64,000 nt of DNA from Phallusia mammillata (GCA_965637545.1 OZ281494.1:11904001-11968000), one strand, 5' to 3'. Positions 38,384 to 52,510 are shown, numbered from the stretch's first letter. A program made the numbers and translations. Notes: a model not told the origin generated them from the letters alone.

Positions 38384-41300
38384 ATGGCTTCATCAAATGC
38401 TCATCAGTATCCGTTGGCTCAGCAACTATTGCGAGCATCAGCTAAAGGAGACCTCCAAAAAGTTGTGGCTTTAATTCAGAATGGCGCAACGCTTGCTGTA
38501 AACAAGGTATTTCAAATTTTCAATTGTGTCTTTGAGCATTAGTAAAAATGCCATTTGATATTATTATTAAGTGACAAACATGTAAAAACAAGTTATAGTA
38601 CTGTTTTAATTGCAAAATGTATGTTTTACAATATAGTCTCATGCAAAGTATGTTAATTGACGAATCTTTTCAATGACTTGTGTTCTGGTAAATGTACAAA
38701 ATAGGTTGTATCATATAACATAATGTTGGTTGTGTTGCTACAGCATGGAAGAACACCACTTCACATAGCATCACACAGAGGATTTCTGGACATTGTCTGT
38801 GTTTTGTTGCAATATGGATGTGATCCTGATTTGCAAGATGATGTGAGAAATTTAGAAATATTTTTTACCATTAAAATCTACACATCATAATAATTAAATG
38901 TTTTATTTTTCAGAATGGTGACACACCTTTACACAGGGCAGTTAATGGTGGCCATGTTAATGTGGTACAGCGCTTACTTGATGAAGCATGTTCCGTAGAC
39001 CGACAAAATAATGTATGAAACTAAAAAACAAACCTTTATGCAATTAACAATAAAACAATTTTGTTTTTTTGTTTGCACAATAGTGAATCCTTACAATATT
39101 GTTTTACAATTTGGTAATATATTTCAATTCATATGATGATGAAGCAAATTTTAATGAATGAAATTTGCCCCTAAATTAATTTAAACTATTTAGTGCAAAT
39201 AATTAAGTGTTCTTCATTGGGTCTGTATTTAGTTGGGCGACATCGCGATTCATGAAGCTGCCAGATGTGGTCACACTCACATTGTAAAGCTACTACTGAA
39301 GGCAAATACCAATGTTGATTGTGCAAATAAGGTGACTGAAAGCAATTATTGTCTGGCGTACACACTTCACACTGACTGTTAAAATTCTTTATGATTTCTT
39401 GTTTAAGTGATTTTACTTTATTATTTTTAATGGAACAAACAGCATATATACAATGTTCATGAGACAAAAATAATTATAAAATAATACTATACTGGTTAAT
39501 CACAGTACATTGATTGCAAATGTTGTTTCATGGCATACTGTACCACTTGTATTTGAAAAATATTTCAGTCTATTTCACAATATAAGTCTAAAGATTGATT
39601 TGTGGGAGTTTTTTTTTAATTCTTCCAGAATGGTGATTGTCCTCTACATATGTCGTGTGGAAATGGTCACACTGCAGCAACAAGACACATAGTTGCAGCA
39701 TGCAGTAACACTTCACCTAGCAATAAACAGCAAGATACTCCATTGCATTTAGTGGCAAGATTCGGTCATATCCAGAGTGCCAAAATTCTTTTAGGAACAA
39801 ACTGCAATCTTAATGCTCAAAATCAAGTAAGGTTTAAAGTAACATGTTTAGTTCTTATGAGCTTTTGTATCATAACATATGTGATATATATGTTTTATGT
39901 TATTATTTCATGCCAAGGATAGAAATTCTCGTCAGTTTATTAATAGGTTACGAGGCAAACTATGTGAATATGTGACCAATTTATTCACAATTAATTTACT
40001 CATATTCCTTGATAATAAAAACAGGGTTTGCTGTTACAATTTATTGGTTTAAAACAGGGGCGTGCAACATACGGCCCATGGGCAGCAGTCCAACCCGCCA
40101 AGCTATTTAGTGTGGCCCCCACCAACACATTGATAAAGATAAAAAATGCAACTCTTCTGAGAATTCAGCAAAATTTTCCACTAGTTTTTGGTAAATCTCC
40201 TCAGTTGCTATACTAACAAATAGAAGCTAAACCAGCGTTTTCCAACCGGTGGATCATACAGCAGTTACAACAAGTAGCCTACTTCACTGAATGTGATGTA
40301 ACAATTCCCTCTTATTTTGTTGCGAAAGCCAGTGTTGCATTGAAACTCTGTATGTTGTCGAAAATAAATTTATTGATGCTTTTAGAAGAATTTCGAATTT
40401 ATTGTGCACATGTTATGTGGCCCTCGCATGAGGTTCGAAATTGGTTATACGGCCCACCGACGAAAAATGTTGCACACCCCTGGTTTAAAACAATTGTATT
40501 TTTTACAGTTTTTTCAAATGTGTCCATTTTTCAACTGCCAGATGGTACAGCAATTTTTCATGTATTTTTTCAGCTTGGAAACACAGCAATGCATGTTGCA
40601 GTAGTGGCGCAAAATCAAAAGATTGTGCGATTGCTTCTTGATGCACATAGTGATGTAAAGAAACTCAAGAATAAGAAGGCTAAGACAGCATTGGATTTGG
40701 CAAAGGATTTGAACGCAGGTAACTTGATTGAACTTTGGTTAAATGTGATTTGTAATGTCTCAAACTTGTGTGAATCTGTACATGTCCTGTAATCCCAACA
40801 GTGTTATACACAAACCCACCTATAAATAGGGATTAGCTTGTGCACATACTTACACTATGTGGTACAAAAAGCCTCAGACAAAGATGTGTAGTTGACAAAT
40901 AAGTGTGAAGCATACCTATTTTTAGACAAAAAAGTTATCAAATAGCTGTACTGTACGGCAATTTCACTTATTTAAACACAAAGACAAAAATGGCTTGACA
41001 GCAGTTATGGTATATTTCCTAATATTTTCCAATATAGTACAGTAATTTCCCAACTACAAAACATATGGACACTTGTATTGTTTTATTATTCCCAGTGTGA
41101 TTTATTTAAAGTACTTGGTTTTCGCAATTTCTAAAAATTCAGAACATCTTACAATGGCATCTCTCATCACATTGCTACCTATCCATATACCAGACAAATT
41201 TAACATAGGCAGTTTTTGTTGTCTTTGCAAAAGATGTTAGAGTTTACACATTCGGTTCAGGTGAGCTTGCACTTATGTTGATTTCTGGAGCCAGACCATC

Positions 41301-44300
41301 TTCTGGTCGACAACGAGGCAGGAAAAAGCACAAGGATCCACTGAATAAGGGTAGAAGCAGATCAGAACCAAAGGAAACTGTTTCTGATGGTGGGAAGCAG
41401 GTATATATCACAACATGATTGAGTTCTTTATATGCAACATAAAGTGCAAACCTGTTTAATTGCAGGTCAATGACCAACATCAGAAACACAAAACTTCATT
41501 TAAAAGGTAACAACAATTTTAAATTCCAAACCATAATGTTTGCAAGTATGAATTGTCTTGATGAAACATATACACTCCTCAGGACAGTTATGACTCAACC
41601 ACCATGTTTTTGTTGTCATTTTATACATATACTTCGCATGTTTTTACTGTCTTCAATTTTTTTGTTTGACCAAGTAAAATTAAACATTAATTTTCAAAGG
41701 TGAGATATTTATTTAAAGGTTTCTGACAAGACGAAAGAAAAGTCGATCAAAATCACAAAGCCCAGAAAGAACGAGGTTTGTATTATATCAATATGACAAC
41801 CTGTAAAGTCAGCCGGTAACACACACATTCTGTTTCAGGATTTCCAAAGAAGTTCACACTGATCACAAGCCCAGGAATAAACCCAGACAAACATTAGATG
41901 ATTGTTACAGAAATCTCACTGTGAATCCGTATGTTGTCCCCCAGCTATTTTCACTTTACAGGTGTGGTTAATAAATCATCAGACTTTTAACAATTTTCGC
42001 TTTACAGCTATGGTTAAGTCCTGGACTTTTAACAACTTTCATGTAAAGTTAGTTGATAACTTCAGTCATCTTGTTTGTTTAAAAGGCAATAAATTTGTTT
42101 GCACAACTTAGGTAAAAACTGCAAGTTGTGTTTTAAATTTGATGACATTTGTAATTAAGTAACAAACCTAAAAATTGCAAATAGTTGCAAGTTACACCAA
42201 ATGTTTAATGACTTGATTCAAGTCTTGCCTTTTGGTTAATAACCTGTTACAAATCCCTTTTCTAATAATAGTTAGTACTTACGCGACACACCACATTTAA
42301 GTTGCAGGCTTTAACCTGCTTATTATAATGATCACAAGTTCAAGTGTAAAATTCACACCAGTTCCTAAATTGACTTTGATAACATCTGTTGCGGCTTGCA
42401 TAGGGGCCATGGCATTGTGTTAGTGTTTTTTTTTATTCTTTGTTGTCTGAAATATCCGCTGACTGAATGGATATTTGTATTAATATCCTATTGTAAAGCT
42501 TGCAGTATTGCTGCTAAGAATTGTCACAACACATTTGGCACTTGGTAGTTTATATGTTGAAGGTTTCTAACATAGGAAACAGTGCAAAACACTTCAGAAA
42601 TGCAAAATACTGCTTTATTTTCCATTTTATATGCTTTATTATTCACAGAATTACTACTTTTCAATTAACAGAGATAAACACGGCGACATACAGCAGATGC
42701 CTGTTCTTGATCAATTGCCAAACCCAACGCCGCAAATAGTTGAGGAGATACATGAGAAGATATGGCAATCAAGACGAGAGCTTCACGATTCTGTGGAACA
42801 GGTAACTGGGGAGAAAAGTAGGATGAGGGTGCTTGAAAGGACTGAAAGACTTTGACTTAACACTTCAAATTTGTCTTATCTGCTGTTTTGTATGTGTTCA
42901 TTACACAGAAACTTGTAAACTGTAACAAAAAAAAACAAGAACAAATACATAAACAGCTGGTTATAACCTACTACAAATATCTATTTAAATTCATTAAATG
43001 GCCATATTTTATTTTCAATTTATGTCATTTTGGGGGTATGATGGCAACAATATAATCGCTGGTTATTTCTTGCCAAGAGGCATATTCTTTAATATTTTTT
43101 TGATTTGCAAACCTCATACAGGGAAACATACTCATTCTTAATATTCCATTATTTTTTCCACAAGTTTTCATCAAAATGAAATGTAATGGCTTGTAAAGTT
43201 ACCATTTCCATCGGATGACACATCTGTGTGGTAACTGTTTAAAAGTTGGCTTAAAAGGCTTTTAGTGCCCACACAATCTGATATCAGATAAACTTTTCGC
43301 ATCATCATAACAGGCTTTTTTTAGACCTAACAATGTTGTCCACATTGCCCCAAGCATGTTAGGGAAATTAAAGTATGTGCATCCGATACAAGACTCTGTA
43401 AGAAATCTGTGTAAACGATAATCGCATTACTTTAAGGCTATCAGAACTGTTTTGGTTTCATGACCAGAAATGATGATGAATTTGTATGATTGATCTTTAT
43501 ATGTGTTTTGTATAAGCTGCATGATGTCATTGTTTATTAAAGTTTCAATACATTTGGCTTCATTATAATAGGATACTTTAAAATAGAATGCCATTTAAAA
43601 TTGCTGAACATCCTACATTGTAAGACACACTTATTATTTCAAAACCTAATGAATAAGGTGTTATTAGTGGTGAACTCTTCGATACAAAAGAAAAACAACA
43701 AACAACAATACAAGTGGTGCCAAACAAATTTTGTGTGTATTTCTCTGTGCATGTTTTTTTTTCAGGATACAAAAATGTCCATGGGAAATAAAAATGCTTT
43801 TATTTTGCAGACTAACACATCCTTGATGCAAAAAATTCAAGATCTTCAGCAACAAACTGAATTTCAACTTAAATCCCTTGACCGATTGACCACAGAAAGG
43901 ATAAATGCAGAGAGAATTATGTGCCTTCACCGAATCGACCAGCGAGCTGTACATGAGCGATATATGTCTGAACACAATGTATTGAACAAGCTACAAGGTT
44001 GGATGGAAACTCGTTTGGAGCAGCGCACTCCAGATTGTGAAGCAAACAGATCCTATTTATTGGATGTAAAACCATGTGAATTTGCTCCCATTCGTGGGAC
44101 CAGCACCGATGAAGGGTCCTTGCATAATGATGACTTACAACCTTCAGCCCATGTTAAAAGACTGATCATGGGCCAAAATAGGGAAGTAGAATCAAGAAGC
44201 CTTGACTCTGGTGTTGGAGGTACTTCATACAATAGGGAACAATCATTATATCCAAGCCCACCTGCTTCTGGTAGTGCATGTGCATTACGTTGTTCACCTA

Positions 44301-44773
44301 GAGAGGATATAGAAAATATGCAAAGGAAGCATGTATGTGGGCAATTGCACAGGCAACGAAGAGTTTTGTCATATACTCCCCCTGTGCATAGTGACTCCAG
44401 TCGTTCTACAACACCACTTGGACACAGCTTTAGACAGTCAAGTCCCATGGCCAGAATATCGCCATGCCCAAGGGCCAACCCTGGGTCACAAAGTTGGCAT
44501 GGGCAAATTAATAGATCAAATTTGAGACTGGTTGATGAAGCAGCATATTGTACAGATGAGGAGGCTTATCTATTGAATATGCTTAAACAAGAGAAGAAGG
44601 AATTTCATTACCAAGAATATAATCTCAAAACAGAAGACAAGCTCCAAATACCAGTGTTTGTCAAACATGGACAGTCACCTGCAGATGCCATTAGCTATGA
44701 AATCCAGCATGAAGATATTGCCATCATTGATCAACTTAGGGATTTTACTTTGTCACAAACGCATGCTGTGTAG
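38384..44773 (+). CDS. ANKRD6: Ankyrin repeat domain 6 (Diversin/Diego) ortholog
   Basis: LAQQLLRASAKGD...NGATLAVNK|HGRTPLH; 99-nt ankyrin exons (38744-38842, 38914-39012, 39233-39331) and further repeats at about 39630-39826 and 40574-40718; conserved QLFSLYR|DKHG segment; terminal exon 43767-44773. Confidence 0.85.
40055..40482. mobile_element. hAT-type MITE in an ANKRD6 intron
   Basis: TIR CAGGGGCGTGCAAC / GTTGCACACCCCTG; TSD GTTTAAAA. Confidence 0.9.
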
Positions 44774-46111
44774 CAAAACTAAATATTTGTCTTTTGGAAA
44801 AGCCTTGAGCTTATCTGCAAGTTTATTAGAGGGTACATTAACTAAGTACACATATTGTGGCTTTTATGTCCCACACTTGTAATGTATTGTCAGCTGCACT
44901 GCACTTTGTTTATGGCTGTAACATGGATACAAAAATTGTGACAAAAAATCCAGTGGTCAATCCTACATAATTTTAGTTATTTTTTGTCTCTATTTTTGAT
45001 CAACTTTCATCAACCAATGGCACTAAACCTATCTTTTTTATTGTCACTGTGAATTATCTGGCAGATGTTTGACTGCAACCAATTTGGTGTATTTTGCTTA
45101 ACATGTTGGTGCTTATTTTTTGGGTATTGCTGACTATTTTGTGTTGTGAATTTTTGGTATTGGTAACAGGTGACAAATTTAGAACAACTTTTAAATCCAC
45201 ATAGTTCCAGTGTTATCCAAATGTCAGTTAAAAATGGTTCCAAGGTGTGGTTTAATGTCTGTACTAAAATCTTCTTCTAACTTATATGTATTTTAAACAG
45301 TTTTTGTGCTTTTTAGTTAGTTCTCGTTAAATGACCATGCTTGCAGTACGACTACATTCATATGCTTTGTATTGTCACTTCATTCACTGCCCTTTGATGT
45401 TTTTACTGATAATGATTTCTTTGTAAATTTTTTATTTGAAAAATAAGTTTTTAGTTGTTACATAATAAATCACTTTTTGTGTTAAATTAACAATTGGTAT
45501 TTTACTCCAGTAGTAAGCCATCTTGTGTCAACAATCACTGATTAAACTATACTTTTTAGTAATAGTAGCCTAATGATGCAGCACTGCTTCTGTATCATAT
45601 TCAATCAACACAAAAACTCTCCTAACATAAAATGTGTTTAATAAAAGACTGATGATGCCCATATATGTATCTCTTTCAACTTTTTTAACCAGGATCAGTG
45701 ACATGTGCGTATGAGAACAAATTTTATTGGTTTATGTATAAATGTACGCAGGAAAATACTGCCCACAAATAGTAATTTGTTGCATTTCATAAAAACATTG
45801 ATATGATATGAAGGCAACTGCAAAAAAACAATTATCTAATCATTTGCTGTAAATTATGAAGTTTTTTTTACAAAAATGATAAAAACAAAAGTGAACTTCA
45901 AATTACCAAACACTATAGCCAGCAAGTTGTCATTGAAAAAAGCAAAAAAGGCAATGAATTTGTTTTACAAAAATATAATATACATCCCACGTTATGTTTT
46001 ATTTCAGTTCAAAAACATTCATGGATATACAATTTAATTACCCAACTCATATATTGCAAAATGCCTTTGTGATATTTAAAGCTAATTGTTGACAAAAAAT
46101 AACTCTTAACA

Positions 46112-47029
46112 TCAAAGAAAGTAAGGTGTAGTGGTTCTTGCTGGAATGACGCGCATATTATCAGGCACAGCACGAAATAACTTTGGCTCTCTTTCTTCAG
46201 GACTTTTTATAGACATGATTGCAGCGATATTTCCACAGCGGTAGCAGTAGTTTGGTGCCGACCATACAGTGACCAGGTTTTCATTAAACATGTACTTATA
46301 GCCATCATGAACAACTTGATGAGCCCGGCAGATAAGGGACAGATTGTTTAAGTGAATAAACTCTTGTGTAACTTTAGCTCCGAACAGCCACCCGGCGCCT
46401 CTATTGCTGATTGCCCAGGTGTCCACTTCTTCTGGGTCAGACCAAACCAAGTCACAAAATGGCCCTTTGTGTGGAATTTCCTGCTGTCGGTCAATTGTGC
46501 GAATTTGGTCAAGTGTTTTTATGTCTGGCGATAGACCACCATGCACACACAGGACTTTTGAATCAATTATTGCAGCAATGGTAAGGAGATCAAAGACTTT
46601 TGTGCAGTAGCGCCATGCATTTGCGTTTCCATATTTGGTTTGACACTCATCATAGAATCCATACACTTGGGTGATTTGCCTTGTTTCATGATTTCCTCGC
46701 AGCAGAGTAATGCGGTCTGGCCATTTTGCCTTCAGTGTGAGCAAATAGGTAAAGGTTTCCAAGCTGTAGTACCCTCTGTCAACAAAATCACCCATGAAAA
46801 TGTAATTGGTATCTGGAATCTCTCCACCAGTGCGGAAAAGCTCAAGCAGATCGTAAAACTGTCCATGAATATCACCACAGACAGTAACTGGAGTTGAAAC
46901 TGGCTGCACATTCGATTCTTCAAGCAGCAAATCACAAACATAATCACACAACTTTTTTAGATCTTGCTCAGGAAGATACTTGCACTCCTTGGCCATTTCA
47001 ATCATTTTATCTATGTTTAAAGCTATCAT
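46112..47029 (-). CDS. PPP6C: Serine/threonine protein phosphatase 6 catalytic subunit, intronless, 305 aa
   Basis: [61 protein letters not shown]-terminal TTTPYFL; acceptor TTTTATCTAG| just upstream. Confidence 0.97.
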   Translation of the reverse strand: MIALNIDKMIEMAKECKYLPEQDLKKLCDYVCDLLLEESNVQPVSTPVTVCGDIHGQFYDLLELFRTGGEIPDTNYIFMGDFVDRGYYSLETFTYLLTLKAKWPDRITLLRGNHETRQITQVYGFYDECQTKYGNANAWRYCTKVFDLLTIAAIIDSKVLCVHGGLSPDIKTLDQIRTIDRQQEIPHKGPFCDLVWSDPEEVDTWAISNRGAGWLFGAKVTQEFIHLNNLSLICRAHQVVHDGYKYMFNENLVTVWSAPNYCYRCGNIAAIMSIKSPEEREPKLFRAVPDNMRVIPARTTTPYFL

Positions 47030-48042
47030 TTTGTTTGCTGCTTTTAAATACTCTAGATAAAAACTGCAAACAATGGATATTAGGTATATTAGGTATTTTT
47101 AATATTAGTATTAAAAAATCACAGAGAACTAACACAGCAAACTGGACAGAAAACACCACAAGTCAAATGTTACATTTATGTGAAAAATTTATTTTGCTTT
47201 GTTTATATATACTTCATATTATATTATAGAGTATGGATAAATTAACTAGTGTTACTGAACTGTTTTGACGATTTTTCAACATATCATTCTGTCACAACAC
47301 AAAACGTCAACGAGGAAGTTTTAGGGAAACATATTGCGAAACAATAAAAAAGACACAGCACAGTTTCATTTTCCTTTTGCTGCTCGAAGTGAACCCTTTT
47401 TGATTTCAGCTTGTGACGCAACGACAATAGGACAATTCGATTGGTTGAAAAAATTCTTGCATCACGAACAAAAAAAATCATGCATGACGAAAAGGAAAAC
47501 ACAAAAATCCTAAAATTAACAAAAAAATTAGCAAATTTGGTTGAAAAAAAAGAAAAATAAATCAATAATTTAAACCTGCGTTTTTTGCCATAGTGCCATG
47601 CACAAATAATTTATTTATGTAGTTATGTTACTTAACTCTACCTGCCATGGACCAGTGACCACAAATATACAGTGCAGTGTTTCAAAAAGAATTATAGATT
47701 CAACTTGCGATGCAAATTATATATTTTTCAAGACCATTTTTTACTTTAAATAATCATCAAAAACAACGTTTTACGCAAACCAGGCGAGTCTGTTTCTTGT
47801 TGCAACATGTTTGTGTTGTCATCTCAAATGTATGCACAAAAATTGTCCATTGATTTTGTCAGAAATTTAGTCATGCATGAAATTTTAGATTGATTTCCTG
47901 CTCGGTTTTAGTTGAAATGACGTTAGTGTAACAGCGACAGGTGCTATTACTCTTTGTGATATCACTGACGCTGACAAAGCCTGATATATACAATTGACTA
48001 AACTTTTGGTTTGTGACGAAACAAACGAGTAAAATTTTTGCA

Positions 48043-50108
48043 ATGGAAAGAGATATTAGAAGGTGGTGTCCAGTTTGGAGTCAAAAGTTTCCTTCATTTT
48101 CTCATGACCCCGTAAAGAACTTTACGTTTTGCAGGTTTGAATTTGCTTTATTGATTCTTTACTTTTCTTTTTATGAGGGTGTTGATGATGACCCCATAAC
48201 TTATTTATATGATTGCTAGTCTAAAAACAAGTTTTTTTGCATGAATTTTCACTATGAACATAAGGCATGAAGCCATGAACTTCTATTAGTATTCTTCAAA
48301 AGTTAAAAAAACTGTAATAATTTCTGACACTCAAAATCTGATTTAGGTTGTGTAGAAACAGTCGCATACCTCTCTCTCAAGGATGTGTTTGGGCGGTTGG
48401 TCAAGGTCCACCAATGTCAGGATGGCGAGTTCGAAGGTTGATGCGCCATTTGGGCTCTCAGGAACATATTGCAGCCAGACAAGCAGCCTTGGATACTTGC
48501 AAAAGAGCATTAGGTAAGGTAATGTAGGTATACTGGTTTAAAATAGAGATATTGATTGCACATATTTATGTCATTGTTTGGGCCATGTGTGTGAAGCTAA
48601 TCAATTATTTGATATATTTACAGCATTTAGCATCGATAAATACAACCAGTATTTTGTTTTAGTATCATTTATTCTTCTTGTCAAATGTTTTACATAGCTG
48701 CTTAGCTATGTTAATTATTACAGATAATGTATTTTGTTTGTGTTTTGTGGAAAGAATATGAAAAGAAAAATGGAAGTGATGAAGAGTCTGCTTGCCCATC
48801 GGAACTGTTTGGCGATCCCTCTATGATACTGGGAAATTGTGATGATGGACTTGAACATGTAAGTATTGTTACATCCGTTGTCCAAATGAACATCTAGAAA
48901 ATGTACCTCAAACCTAACAAACCTTTGTGTTAAAAAAAGCTTGCGAAGTACTCAGTTTAAACCTATGGGTCGCGATCCCAAGTGGGGTCACCTAAACTTT
49001 ATCTGGAGTTAAAAAAATAATTTTTTTGGTGTTTATTACCAAAAAATGGTATGTTTTTGTTCTAGTTTGCAACCTTTTCTCATGTTTTGCAGTACAGCTT
49101 GGTACCTTATGTCACAATCTAATCATTGTAATGCAATAATCAAAAACCGAATAGTTGAGACCGAAATCTATTTATAACACAAGTTGTCCAACCTATTATT
49201 ACACGATAGAGCCCAACGAATGACATAGTGTGTCCAAAATAATACAGCGGGTACAGGGAATAATACATAAATTTACTGATTTCTGCCATCTGGTGAGCTT
49301 TAGTGCGAATTAGATTGGCCAAATTAAATAAAACCTTTGGGTTGTAACATTTGAGCAAAATAATGCACGCTGAATGCTATTATTCAAATTCTCACTTAAA
49401 TTTTTTCGGCATTACTTGAAACATTTTTCTCCCTATTGGTAAAAAATGGGGTAGCATGTAAGGTTGAAGATCACTGCTTTAATTAACCAAATGTATCATC
49501 CTTTGGGTATTAAATTTTACCATATATTTTCAACCCAGCCTGGAACATTGACATTCAAAGATGTCTCAAAGCTCCTCAATGTTGAAATGGTGATGATGAA
49601 AGCGTACAGTAGCAGCTATATCCGTCCCCGCAGCAATCGTAAACGTGCTCACAAAAGTATTTGCACTATGTCAGACCGACCAACCATGGTTCCTCCGCCA
49701 TCAGTTAACTCCGGCAATGTACGGTGCCTGGAAATACTTTATGATGATGCAAATGAGGAGTTTGCAGAAAACAACACATGCGAATCGGATCGGGAAGGAA
49801 CTGACGCTGTGACCGAGACCACGGATAGATTAAGCCCTGTAATTGCAACAGTAGATGAACCTATTACCTACCTATATCCAAAGAGACGATCGAACGGTAC
49901 AAAAACGGAGTCAGGTCGTCGCGCAGAGGAGGACGGGTTTGAGGTCCCGATCGACTCCTTGCTGTGTTTGCCTGAGAGCCTAAAAATCCTTGCCGAAAGT
50001 CAGACTCGAATTGCCAACGCCATCGAAAGCATGGTTGGATTGCAAAGGGAAATGTTACGAACAATGCGAGACGTTTCAGATTCTCTTCGGAACAATAGTA
50101 ATTCGTAG
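48043..50108 (+). CDS. TTF-type zinc finger protein (hAT-transposase-related finger) with C-terminal coiled coil, about 310 aa in 4 exons
   Basis: Exons 48043-48134, 48347-48513, 48755-48858, 49539-50108 (phases 2, 1, 0 consistent). RRWCPVWSQKFPSFSHDPVKNFTFCRLCR...W...MRHLGSQEH matches the R-x-F/W-x3-W-x3-FP...FCxxC...HxxSxxH pattern. Confidence 0.7.
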
Positions 50109-51122
50109 CGGATAGTTTTCCGACTGGTACCAGTGTTTCACTTCGCTCTTGAATTCTGTGTTTATTGTGTGAGCCATTTTTACCGACAATGTACTTTTCT
50201 TGTTTTTGATCGTTCACGGCATCGAAATGAAATCTGTTCGTTTTTCCCTTATTTGTGTTACATTGTACTGTGGTGCTTGTTTGGAACGTTTTGTCGGACC
50301 TAAATGTGCGAAAGGAGTAAATAAAAAAAGTCTTTTCACTAAATGTCATTGTTTTACAGTTTAGAGGTGAGCTTGATTATTAACAAGCACTCCCAAGAGA
50401 TGTTTAAGTTCATTTCACTTTCCCCTGAAACCAGGGTTGCAGGGCCGGAAGGTGAAAAGTCCAACTCCTAAAAATAGCTCGAATACGTTTTTTTGCGCAT
50501 TACCAAAACGTATGTCTTTGGGCACATATATGTGAATGTGCTCCCCGAAAGTCAAAGGGAAGATAACACATAGGCTATTGTTTACGTTCGTCATTTTTAT
50601 TTTATTTGCTGCCTAAAGGTTTGTTCTATTCGTTTGGTAAAAAAAATACTTCAAACTTTTTGTTCAGTTACACACATGGTTATTAAATGTCTAAAGACCC
50701 ATGAGGAAGATTTACTGGTAAACAAATGTGGCGGTTTAATGTATAGTAGGATGTCCTCTGCTTTATACGCAAATACGTTGGCAGTCACACGACGATGGTT
50801 TCCTACAAGCCAACTTAAAGGTATGGCAAAAACACACAGTTATTATTAATTTTTTACACATTTGCCACAACATGGTATTTTAATTTGCCAGTGTCTGTAA
50901 ACCTATGTGAATTTTTCTAAATTTTTTAGACAACATAAGGTTGAATTAAGCTAAAGATTAAATTCTCGCAGAGTGGGAAGAGTTTTTACTGATTATTGCA
51001 CAACATTATGATTGTAAACATAAAAGAATATGTTTTAAAGTTTGGTTCGATGCTTTTATATCAATTTGTTCTTCGGAATGTAGAAACAATCGTACCGTTT
51101 TTCACCGTATAACCAATCAACA

Positions 51123-52510
51123 CTAGAAAGGTGGCTTTCTGATATACTTCCATTTTATATATTCTATACGATATTTACCAATTTACTATACACACCATTT
51201 GATCTAGCCTACATATATGATTGTTTTTGCAAGCAAAAACAGATGGGTCCCCACACGCGCGTTTGTGCGGATTTAACGTCCTGGTTATTTTTAGATTCTT
51301 AAGAAAAAACTTAACCAACTTTAGCAATAACCCAACTTTAAGTTTTGTCCGTATTCTTCTTTAAACCCAAAATTTTGTCCGTATTCTTTTTGCATCATTA
51401 TTGTCATATAATTACAAAAAAAAAACAGTACATAAGAACGGGAAAAAAACTTTTAACTTAATCTCATGCTTTGACCTTGATATTGTCGTTCAAGGTCAGT
51501 TTTTAACACAATTTTCCACAACTGAAAATGTGCTTGATACTCAATAAAACGACATAGCATAGCTGCGCAAAAACAGCTGATTTCTAATCACCGAAACGAC
51601 TGTCTCGTAAAACGCCTGTCCGGACGTCAAGCTGAGAAATCCCGCTGCATTCACCCGCCTTAATCGTAAACAAGTGAATTACTCCCTTGAGAGTTGAGAC
51701 TTCTATCTGACTGAACGTGTACACATATTATGGGCTGTAAAAGTAACTATTTGGCCGATTAAGTACTGAACGAATAACCTACTGCAAACAATTGTTTAAC
51801 ATTTCAGCACATTAGGGCTTGTATTTTTGGCCTAAAACTTATTATTTGGGGGTTTAAGGGGTAAAATGGGTGAATCCAATAAAAAGTTACAGAATTCTTT
51901 AGAATACCTTACATTGCACCAACCAACAAACCATGAAACTCTCAGATTATGTACTTTAGTCAGTACAGCCGTTTTTAATTTTAATTTTTTTTGGGGGGGG
52001 GGGGGGGGGGGGGGGGGCTGTGGGTGAACCACTGGGTCGTTTGGGGTCAAACTTCAGGAGGATCAAATTTGGAGCAATAACTAACATCTGTGCAAATTTG
52101 AATAAATGTAAAGCACTCTTTCTTGACCAAACGCATTTAATAAACCAGCGTTAGACAGAAATGAATATTAAGGGGTGAAAATGGGTGAATCGAAAAAAAA
52201 GATACAAAATTCTCTGAAATATCTTATATTGCACCAAACAACACAGCATATCACTCAGAGATGATGTACTTTAGTCAGTACAGCCGTTTTTAAAAAAAAT
52301 ACGTTTTGGGGGCTTGCGGGTGAACCGCTGGGTCATTTGGGGTCAAACTTCAGGAGGATCAAATTTGGATTAATAACTAACATTTGTGTAAATTTCATTA
52401 AATTTGGAGCACTCTTTCTTGACCAAACGCGTTTAACAAACCAGCGTTAGACAGAAAAAAAAGTACGGACAAAAACAATATGTGTCCCCTTCATAGAAGG
52501 GGACCCATAA
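51123..52510 (-). mobile_element. HINE/DINE-1-like element, copy 2
   Basis: Same ends as 9974-11455 (CTAGAA..GTGGCTTTCTGATATACTTCC; GTCCCCTTCATAGAAGGGGACCCATAA); two ~300-bp tandem units; a 25-nt G run at 51993-52017. Confidence 0.78.

Noticed and set aside
39186-39467. Cys/His-rich 93-aa minus-strand ORF
   Set aside because: It is the antisense shadow of an ANKRD6 ankyrin exon (39233-39331).
37436-44773. Asparaginase beside an ankyrin gene as a split ASPG (asparaginase-ankyrin fusion)
   Set aside because: The genes are on opposite strands and divergent, and the ankyrin protein matches ANKRD6 throughout.
49864-50349. 161-aa minus-strand ORF
   Set aside because: It is antisense to the ZnF-TTF terminal exon and 3' UTR, with no domain and no credible start context.
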